From Pecten maximus (taxonomy: Eukaryota), in the NCBI RefSeq assembly GCF_902652985.1, contig NC_047022.1, positions 43,710,001 through 43,774,000 on the forward strand: DNA of 64,000 nucleotides, given 5' to 3'. The notes below the pieces were generated by a model, which worked only from the letters and a program-made list of their open reading frames with translations, made no database searches and was not told the DNA's origin. Made by a program: the position numbers and the translations under genes. Within the stretch, counting starts at the first letter, position 1. Each line of letters begins with the position of its first letter. Shown here one piece after another: positions 54,649 to 64,000 of this stretch.

Positions 54649-55367
54649 GTTTCAAACTGAATGAGAAAATAAGTACATACATTATTTCATGAGAACCTGA
54701 TGCATTTTACGTGACGTTGAAAATAAGGACATTTTTGGATGAGAGATCCAAATCTTAATTCGAAATGAGGAACTAAATCTAATGTGCTCCGTATCCTTAT
54801 TTGCATTTTACTATTATTTCTCTCAGTTAAAGTTACATACATTTTACATGCATAAAATTCATCCCTGATTAATTTCCTGATCATGCAACGAGCACTGATT
54901 TAGGTAATTTCAGACGTTGTGTTTAGCGGATCTAACTACATGTTATTACATTTTATTATTGTAAAACTAATTGGTCACCCATCAGTAATTGTTTACACAT
55001 AATGGCATTGACAATGATAAAGTAATTAAAGCCAAAGATTGACAATACATATTATATGTCATATATTTACAATCATGTATCCGTTGGTCTGTTTATAGTG
55101 CCAATGAAACTGATCATCAATGTTGCAATCTATAAAGTTATGATAGGTCGATAGTATATGTAACGACCGATAACAATATGACAGTCCGTGATAAGCACAA
55201 CTAATATAGGTAGGTTCTATTGACATGGCTAAAGAGACTTATATGTATATGCATGCTACTGAGTGTGGCAGCAAGCACCTTGCTCAAAATAACAGGTCAT
55301 GAAACGTCAAAATCGAAGTTAATAAATAGCAAATCATTGCCACGACGATTTATTCTTTCCGACTTAC

Positions 55368-55646
55368 TTTTATGTTAACTTTCAATTTATCCTGATTTGA
55401 CGGAAATCACGAGACAAATATCCAGTTTGTGACGTTCACATCAGGAAAATGTTGCTATTCCGCCATTCGTTGCTAAGACGAAATCTTGGTCAGTTGTACG
55501 CTTCGTTTAAACTTCCGGTTTATAATGCGCATGTTGCGGAAATCTTTTGAGGAAGGAAGTGTTTGACGTTGTTCTTGGTTTCTTATATAGCCGTATATAA
55601 GTATATTTGGCAATGTGTTCTTAATATGGTGTGATTGCAGCGGAAT
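55368..55646. promoter_or_regulatory. Bidirectional promoter / 5' UTR region shared by EFCAB5 and SSH
   Basis: A minus-strand donor GTAAGTC at 55367-55361 marks a non-coding EFCAB5 exon (acceptor at 54657). Motifs: CGCCATT (YY1-like, 55461), CGTTGCTAAGACG (RFX X-box-like, 55468), ACTTCCGGT (ETS, 55511), ATGCGCATG (NRF1-like, 55525). The SSH ATG is at 55647. Motif function is inferred. Confidence 0.7.
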
Positions 55647-58600
55647 ATGGCTTTAGTTACCGTACAACGATCGCCAAGTCCAAGCAATTCGCCAGATTCG
55701 GTAAGTAAAACAAATACCGTGGTCTGGTTCCTATCTGAGAATCCAAATTCTGCTAGGCCTACACCTGGTTCGTAACTGAACTGTAGATAAGAGATAATTA
55801 AATATTTAAGCTATTTATCTACATTTATATCGCACAAACATATAAGAGAATAAACTAGATTACGGTTTTTGTTTACTTAAACAGCAATGTTTTCATATGT
55901 GTCGCTGTCATGTTGATGACTTAAATTTGGACCACATAACCTGTTCAGGGATGAATTAGTATTTGTTAGTTCTATTAGATGCACTCTCGTTTTCAATCAG
56001 AACTTGTTAGCCTTCAGTTTTGCACACTGTGTGTTGCCTTCCATGACAGAATTGAAAATGTGCTAAACAATTGATTCTAAAATCAATTCAACATGGATAT
56101 TATAATTGATAATAATTGTATCACTTAATTAATTTCAATACCAGTCAATTGAGTAGATGTGTCAGTAAAAGTTGAAGACTAATCAATGACACCAACAATG
56201 GTGAGTTATGATGGGAAGTTAACTTAGCTATATATATATGTAACAGGAGAGGAGAAAATGTAGCGGCCAGGTCGGGGTTCGAACCCGGGACCTCCGAACA
56301 CTAGCCGGATGCTCTTCCGATTGAGCTACCTGGTCACCGATGATCGACCCAGTCCAGTCCCGCTACACACCTCCCTCCTTTTTTTTTTCTCAAGTATACG
56401 CCTTTGAAGACACATGAGACCCTTATACCACCACCGCAGGTTTTTTAGTTGGGCACCAATTTTGTAACAGGAGAGGAGAAAATGTAGCGGCCAGGGCTGG
56501 GTTCGAACCCGGGACCTCTGAACACTAGCTGGATGCTCTACTGACTGAGCTACCTGGTCACCCATGTTCGACCCAGTCCAGTCTGCTAATAGAAACAGGA
56601 CGGCATTGGAAAATACCTCATAATTTAAGATTTTGTCCTTCCTGTAAAAATAATGTAGAAGATGAATACCATTTTTGATTTAAATGTCTCTCCTTTAACG
56701 ATCTTAGAATAAAATATAAAAAGCAACATTATCGGGTTAATCTTGCTGTCTATGAGTTTATCAATTTACTATAAACTGGTAATGTTAAAGAATTAAGTAA
56801 TCTGGGCCAGTTTTCATACCACCATATAGGTTCTACTCTGATGACTTCCATAGTAACTAGTAGTTTGATCCATACAATGCATTTAACTGTATTTAATCAT
56901 ATTATATATATATTATATAGATTCATATTATAATGTCATATGCCAATGGATTGCTCTACCTGAGCTGACTTGAATTGTATTCTATGAAATTGTACATGTG
57001 TCACAGTAGGAGCGGAAAAATGCACCCAGACACTCAGAGAGTCAAGAGAGTCTCGATTTTGTAAGACCATGTATATGTGATTGAGTGTGCCCAATATAAA
57101 ACATCAGTATATTTTATTAAAATCCACACATCTTTCTCTCATTATAAACAACTTTTTTTAAATTTTTTTTTTGATTTTTATTTGGAGTGTTAAAAAATAG
57201 CATTTTGAAAGGTATAAAACAAAAACAAAATCATAAAAAAATGAAAGCTATTCAAACAAAAGTTGTCAAATAGATAAAAGAGGTATGGTTTTCAATAAAA
57301 TATACCAAAATATGAAATTTTAATGTTTTATATAGGATGCACTCCATCATAAAATACTAATTAATATGAGAAGTCTCACAAATGGTTTCAACTTCTGTGC
57401 ATATATTTACAGTTTATTTTTGTCATCGGCCAGGGAAACCCAAACCAAAGCCTAAAACGTACCTTGTTGGTCTGGCTATGTTTGGTTTTCTGTGTACTGA
57501 CTTTGTACTTTTACACAGATTAGAAAAAAAAAAAATACATGCTACTACAAATGAAAACATATCGTTAATCTGGAACTTAATATATGCTTACATGCAATAT
57601 AATCAATCTTATTACATAATTATGACCATACAGTATTCCACATTTTCCATTTGTGCTAGTATTGAAATACTGGATAGAGAGGAACTTAATAAATGTTATT
57701 AAGATATATTATTTGCCCATATACAGCCCTAAAATGGGTAGAACAAATGTATTTTATGAATAGAACTATATCAAAATGCAAGCTAATCATCTTTAGTGGT
57801 CAGTTGAAGGGAGATAACTCTGATCACACAATACATGTTAAGGATATTTTTTCACTTTATTACATTGATAAGTTTTTTTCACTATTGTGAATTTCCCAAA
57901 CACTTTAGAAGTTGTTTCTTCATTAAATTTATAACAATTGATTGTTCATTAGTTAATTACTCACACACATATTATATAAACAGAGTAACAATATATTACA
58001 AATGTAAGCAATAATTATGATAGTATGATATATGACTATTCTGGAGGTGTCAGAACTTAATTAGGGATTTCAATTTTGGATGTAAATCCCTATTGTTATC
58101 ACTGGTTTTTTTTTCTTCCTCTTCTTTCTTCTTATTATTCTTAACACTTCTTGATAACACTTTCATTCAAAAACGAAAACAGTTGAAAAGTTATAATTTC
58201 TTAGTAGAGTACATGAAAGAGAACTATAATTTAAGCTGATTATTGACACTAACATTTTGGGGATCATAAGTTCAAAGGTCAAGGTCATCGATCTAAAATT
58301 AGATTTAAAAAAATGCTTTTTGAACGACAATAACTAAATTTATCAACATTCGTCGCTCAGTGTGTCATGTAGTTCATACTCGGGGCTAAATTTTCTCACT
58401 GTGGGTTCAAATTTAGGTCAAAAATTAAAGTCTCAAATTGAGTGATTTTTCTATCATATATGAACAAGCAAGTTTTTCCTGCCAAAATTTAAAAAATCAG
58501 GGGGAAAATGCACTTAGAATGTTTCAGCTCCTTAATCTATACACATACAGACTTGATATTTTGCTCAACATGTACAATAGTATGTAAGAGTGGCTACAAA

Positions 58601-60327
58601 AGAAGTTAATTTTCATTGACCTTGACCTTCATTCAAGGTCGACAAGGGTCAAATAATAAAATAATATATATTTTTTTAAATCTGCCAAATCTGGTTCTTT
58701 TTCCGATCGTTCTATTCCTTTAAAGCTATAAGTGCATTGTTTAGTGCATGGTCATGAACTTTTCTCCGTAACATGTTATCAGGAAATATGTCAATGTCAA
58801 GGTCAAAGTCCCAGTATGAAATCAAATAAAGGTCAAAAATAAAAAAAAATAAAAAATGAATAGTTTTTAGCTCACCTGGTCCGAAGGACCAAGGTGAGCT
58901 TATGCCATACCCTTGCGTCCGTCCGTCTGTCGTCCGTCCGTCCGTCTGTCGTCCGTCCGTCCGTCCGTCAACAATTGACTTCTTCTTCATAACCACACAT
59001 CAGAATTTGACCAAATTTGGTCAGAAGCATCCCTATGGGTAGGGGACTCAGAATTGTACAAATGATGGGGCTGACCCCCTGGGGGCCTCTGGGACGGGGC
59101 CAAAAGGGGTCATTTTTGCGCTATTGATATAAATGACTTCTTCTCTGAAACCAAGCAATGGCTATCACTCATATTTGCCTGGTTTCATTGAATACTAAAG
59201 AACATGATTCACTAGGATGAAATGTGCTAATTTTATGATAGTGCAATAAAAATTGGCGCAGAAATATATAATGGCATTTTGAAAAATAAAAATTGGCACA
59301 AAAATGTATAATGGCACTTTGAAAAATGTTCATTTTCCTGCCAAAATTCAAAATTCTCCCCAAAAAATGAGTGTTGTTTTCTGTTACCCCAGGATATCTT
59401 TACAAATTAGATATTTGACATACTGATAACATGTGCATTTTAACTTTTCATTGACCATGACCTTTGTTCAAGGTCACAGGGCCGGGGTCAAATGCTCAAA
59501 AATTCTTTTATAAACGGTTTATTTTGATCATATATAGAATAAAAATGCTCTTATGAAGATGCATGTTATTTTTCAAGGTCAAGTCATCAAAAATAACACA
59601 GAAACAGCAATTTGAAAAGCATTTTCTGGTCAAAATTCAAAATTATCCAAAAATACATGTACTATATATATAAGGAATATGACATTTTTTGACAATGCAT
59701 GATTATATTAGAGGTGTACCATAAATATACTTAAACATTGTCCATGTGGTCGGACATGGTCAGGAAGTATGGTGTATCTGATGTCTTCCTGGGGAAAGTT
59801 GTGGACTACAAAGATAGTACATAGTATGATATAGCTTGTATCATTAGGAGGAAACTTGAGGGTAGGCTGTGGCCCCAGAACACTTCCGTTGGGACAAGAG
59901 GTGGAACCTATTATGATTAGCAGCACAATTACGAACAATTATTAACCACAGAAACCAATATAAGATACAATGAACGCATCAATAGGTAGTTCTTCCAGCA
60001 TTACATACAAATTAACTCAATAGCCGTCAGACAGATTTGGGGGTCAAAGCCTTGGATTTTGAAAAGATCATAAGCAGGCGACCGGTCAGAATTTTGGAGT
60101 CTACGATTATGGTCAGTTTTACTTGTATAACATGTTGGATGGCGTCTATATTTCCCCACCAAATGACAGCAATGTTAATTGTGATGTACTGGGACCTTCT
60201 TGTCTCTGTAATAGTGGGAAATTTTATATGTTATTGTTTGGTGACATTTACAGGATGATGGTTTGGACGGGGAAGAGCCAGATGAATTAGATGATTCCAG
60301 TCTCAAGTCTCCAGGCCGACAGAGGAG
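55647..60327 (+). CDS. SSH: Slingshot protein phosphatase, exons 1-2 (55647-55700, 60254-60327); continues beyond the window
   Basis: Exon 1 = MALVTVQRSPSPSNSPDS|GTAAGT, matching the conserved MALVTVQRSP N-terminus of SSH2 / Drosophila ssh. Exon 2 = DDGLDGEEPDELDDSSLKSPGRQR(R/S), flanked by cag and gtacgt. Confidence 0.88.
56239..56588 (-). mobile_element. Miniature LTR retroelement with tRNA-derived LTRs (Helenus-type)
   Basis: Direct repeats 56239-56367 (TG..CA, 129 bp) and 56463-56588. Between them, on the minus strand, are a PBS TGGTGCCCAAC (56458-56448) and a PPT GAGAAAAAAAAAAGGAGGGAGG. Each repeat carries A box TAGCTCA-TC-G and B box GGTTCGAACCC. Confidence 0.85.
56589..56975 (+). mobile_element. 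3' fragment of a LINE related to the element at 1-1230
   Basis: IETGRHWKIPHNLRFCPSCKNNVEDEYHF.. parallels IEIGRFNNLERNQRICSYCNSGDIEDEFHF; ends in gacttgaattg. Confidence 0.75.
58060..59700 (+). mobile_element. HINE-like element with a nested younger HINE/pearl-like copy at 58865-~59185
   Basis: Outer element: hairpin tagggattt..aaatcccta, (CTT)n tract and caaggtca/tgaccttg cores. Inner element: tttttagctcacctggtccgaaggaccaaggtgagct, (GTCC)n microsatellite and a core repeat. Outer boundaries approximate. Confidence 0.7.
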
Positions 60328-61142
60328 GTACGTTCACATTGACGTACAATTATTGTTTGTGCTCACTGTTTCACATCATCACCATCGTTATCATTCACAT
60401 AAATCACTCATGTTTTTTTTATTCACTGTACTTATGTATTCATGATATTTGTCACTTGTGTTGTACATAAGTTGTTGTTCTGTTTTTGTTGCCGTTGTTG
60501 CATTTGTTCATGAAATACTGCGAGTTCATCTTCATAGGAAAACTCTGGAATTAGGTCAAGGTCACCTTCACTAACACCCTTAGATGGTTTTGTCATTCAC
60601 TGTAATGAACAGTAGCACTATGCATGGTGTCTGATCGGAGTTTAGAGTAGATTATCTAGCTGTCACAGAACGGGTCTACCGATTCATACAGCCATGTCAT
60701 AGATAATGTATACGTAATATACGTGTAATATTATATACTATTGTGATGTCACAAATATGATGTGACAATGTATCTGTGATGTAGAAGGGTACCATCTGAG
60801 CTGAAGTTTGCCTGTCTTTGATAGAAATAAACTGGAAAGTTTCTATGCATACTTAGACATAAATTTGCCTGTCTTACGTATAAAGGAATAAATTTATACT
60901 ACTACTGTAGCTAGCTGTTATAGTAGGGTATAAGGACAGTAACCTGACGCCTGTAGGAAGATTTTACTTGTGGAATGTCATACTGTGAAGGGTGGTCTGA
61001 CATCAAATGTACCTGAAGTACAGGTATTCTGTATAAGTTACCTGTTGATGTGAAGATCGAGGGTAGTTAAAGTTGTCTTCTGTGTTGCGTTCGATTGTAT
61101 TGAATCTTTAAATGCTATTATATTATAATCACATATTGTTCA

Positions 61143-61435
61143 TATCCCTTCTCATATACAAGTGTGTGACAGAGAAATTTAGTTATTTATCCCTTCTCAT
61201 ATACATGTGTGTGACAGAGAAATTTAGTTATTTATCCCTTCTCATATACAAGTGTGTGATAGAGAAATTTAGTTATTTATCCCTTCTCATATACATGTGT
61301 GTGACAGAGAAATTTAGTTATTTATCGGTTCTCATATACAAGTGTGTGACAGAGAAATTTAGTTATTTATCCCTTCTCATATACAAGTGTGTGACAGAGA
61401 AATTTAGTTATTTATCCAGTTTCTCATGTACAAGT
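61143..61435. repeat. 45-bp minisatellite, ~6 copies, SSH intron 2
   Basis: atcccttctcatatacaagtgtgtgacagagaaatttagttattt repeated. Confidence 0.93.
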
Positions 61436-62439
61436 CATCGTCAGTACCCCGCTGATGATTGGTTCACTTTTCGTTGTTACACACAATATTTCTTCAGGAA
61501 TTTTAACCAATAAGAAGACTGCTTTCTTAGGAGTTTCAGTAAGACTATATATGCAGTAATGGAGGCCTCCACAGATAACATTTCGATATAGTGAAAAAAC
61601 TTTTTCAAATACATAACCTTAAAGACTTTGACTTTGACTGACAGTATCCTGATTCCTATTGATGATCAGTTCCATTTTTGACCAGATAAATCAATTACTA
61701 GTATAGGTGCTGCTAACAGAGTTATTTCATGTAACTATAACATATATCATCCGTTGGAAATGGCATTACCCGATATTTAATGAAAGTTCTTAAAGCATGA
61801 ATACACAGGTAAAGCAATGAAATTAGTGAAGAAAACATGTTTTTGGTAGTGTGAGCAAACACTACATGGACCATCATGGATCAACATTTTACAGGTAAAG
61901 ATGTGGGCGGTCGACAGTTATGACAATATTACTGACTCAGTGAAGGTTTTCAGTCTGCGTCAGTCTTTTATTCTAGTGTTGGTGGCATGTTTATGTTGGA
62001 TCAGGATATGAGAAAAGTTCACTAACGTGTCTTCACCGTGTCTTGTCGTGGGAAAGTTTTCTGAGTTTTCCACAGATATTTCTGTATGAATCATATATAA
62101 TGATGCATCTCAGCAGAAATTATGATGCCTAATTTTAGATGATAAATCAAGAATTTTTCAAAACAGAAATTTGAGTTTTATGGATATTACATCAGTTTTA
62201 CTAGAAGGCCTGGCATCTATTGAATATTGGATGGCAATTAAAACATGAGTGAATTAAAAAGTGACATTAAAACTGTAGACAAGAAGTACTTTAAACTTAT
62301 AGACAAACATTTTTGTAATCAAAGTGTCTTGATGAAATCCAATAGTTTTGGTGTAACAACCAGTTCAGTCGACCACAACTATTAATTTAACACAAGGAAA
62401 TCAGTCCCAAATGTCTGAGAACAGATTCAATAAGTAATT

Positions 62440-62578
62440 AGGGATTGTACCTTTTTGACTGTATATGGTAGTATGCCCGCAGTCGCAACGGTTAGCGTGT
62501 TAGTACTCCATAGAGTACGTTCGTTGCCAACTGCGGTCATACTACTGTACACGCAGTCAAAATGAGGTACAATCCTTA
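62440..62578. mobile_element. Palindromic MITE-like hairpin
   Basis: ggattgtacct-tttgactg..gtagtatg-ccgcagt.gcaacg pairs with cgttgccaactgcggtcatactac..cagtcaaaatgaggtacaatcc. Confidence 0.7.
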
Positions 62579-63329
62579 TATTTATATCAAACAAATCATT
62601 TTAAATACAGTACAAAGAAAATAGAATCCAAAGTGTATTGCAACCTTGGTAACTACGGCATGCGGCTATTGTTGCTAAGATAATTTACGTAAAGACACCA
62701 GAATTGTTAACAAAATTAAAAGTTACAACTCAATATTTTTTGTTTAATATCTTAAATGTTTTTAATTAATTGATATATTTACAATCCACAATTTCTATCT
62801 CAGATTAACTATGGTTGTCAAGCACAGCGTGTATTGACACAGATTTAGTAGTGACGTGGTCAAATGTTCTCTTGGAAGTGCACACTTCAGACATCTGCTG
62901 CTAGCTTACCTCAAGGAGAAGTTAAATATGCACTCATTTCTGCAATATTCAGTTACATTTTTTTGACAAAATACTCATTTGACATTAGCTTTAATTTTTG
63001 TGCAGAGATAATCAGTAACAGGAGAAAACGCTAAAATTGCGTTGATCAGTCCTTTAAAAATGGCGCTGTCTAGTTGACGTTCTGGTAACATCACAAATAG
63101 CTAGACGACATCATAATTATTGTACTGATTCCAGCACTTATTAATCCGCTAAGGCTTTTCTCACTGCGTATAGGCTAATTTATTCGCAGTCAGAGTTTAC
63201 TTAGCTGAAGAAGGGAGAGATGTAAATATTTTATTATAAACTGCAGTACACATTTCTCTATATTTAAATTATAAACTGATCAAAATGCACATTTCTCTGT
63301 TTATAATCGATTACTAAATCTATTGAGAA

Positions 63330-64000
63330 ATTCTGATGATTATACAATCTTTGAGGTGATAAAGTGTTAATTTGATAACCGTACAATCTTTGAGGTGATA
63401 AAGTGTTAATTTGATAATCGTACAATCTTTGAGGTGATAAAGTGTTAATTTGATAATCGTACAATCTTTGAGGTGATGTAGTGTTAGTTTGATAATCGTA
63501 CAATCTTTGTGGTGATGGAATGTTAGTTTGATAATCGTACAATCTTTGAGGTGATGTAGTGTTAGTTTGATAATCGTACAATCTTTGAGGTGATGTAGTG
63601 TTAGTTTGATAATCGTACAATCTTTGTGGTGATGGAATGTTAGTTTGATAATCGTACAATCTTTGAGGTGATGTAGTGTTAGTTTGATAATCGTACAATC
63701 TTTGAGGTGATAAAGTGTTAATTTGATAATCGTACAATCTTTGAGGTGATGTAGTGTTAGTTTGATAATCGTACAATCTTTGAGGTGATGTAGTGTTAGT
63801 TTGATAATCGTACAATCTTTGAGGTGATGTAATGTTAGTTTGATAATCGTACAATCTTTGAGGTGATGTAATGTTAGTTTGATAATCGTACAATCTTTGT
63901 GGTGATGTAATGTTAGTTTGATAATCGTACAATCTTTGAGGTGATGTAGTGTTAGTTTGATAATCGTACAATCTTTGTGGTGATAAAGTGTTAGTTTGAT
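63330..64000. repeat. 39-bp minisatellite, at least 17 copies, running off the window end
   Basis: tttgataatcgtacaatctttgaggtgatgtagtgttag with three interspersed variants (gatgtagtg / gataaagtg / gatggaatg). Confidence 0.95.

Noticed and set aside
56265-56340. Functional tRNA-Thr(AGT) gene
   Set aside because: Mismatches in the stems, the two copies differ, and both sit inside LTR-like repeats; treated as tRNA-derived.
63264-63971. 235-aa ORF (YDYQTNTTSPQRL)n
   Set aside because: Stop-free frame of a 39-bp satellite, with no splice or start evidence.

Overview
AT-rich, intron-rich animal DNA. The repeat families (HINE/pearl-like elements, MetaSINE, HERO, CR1) suggest a bivalve mollusc; this is an inference. 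Host genes: (1) a 3-exon NAT16/histidine N-acetyltransferase-like gene (+, 16881-19417); (2) a 3-exon 394-aa uncharacterised gene with a possible PD-(D/E)xK fold (-, 28124-25287), with a decayed paralog at about 23.6-23.9 kb; (3) EFCAB5 with 20 coding exons (-, 54648-35890); (4) the first two exons of a slingshot phosphatase (SSH, +, from 55647), head-to-head with EFCAB5. There is also a B-box/coiled-coil pseudogene. Mobile DNA includes two LINEs and a LINE fragment; HERO, DIRS/Ngaro-like and Gypsy remnants; a MetaSINE; HINE-like elements; palindromic MITEs; and a Helenus-type miniature LTR element whose LTRs carry tRNA. A 4.6-kb intron-rich Mutator (FLYWCH-MULE) transposon has a 9-bp target-site duplication that contains the start codon of the 394-aa gene. 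The most striking pattern is that four EFCAB5 introns contain minisatellite arrays whose repeat unit is a copy of the neighbouring splice junction, giving dozens of decoy donors or acceptors. All gene models were built by hand from GT/AG sites and reading phase; no database searches were run.
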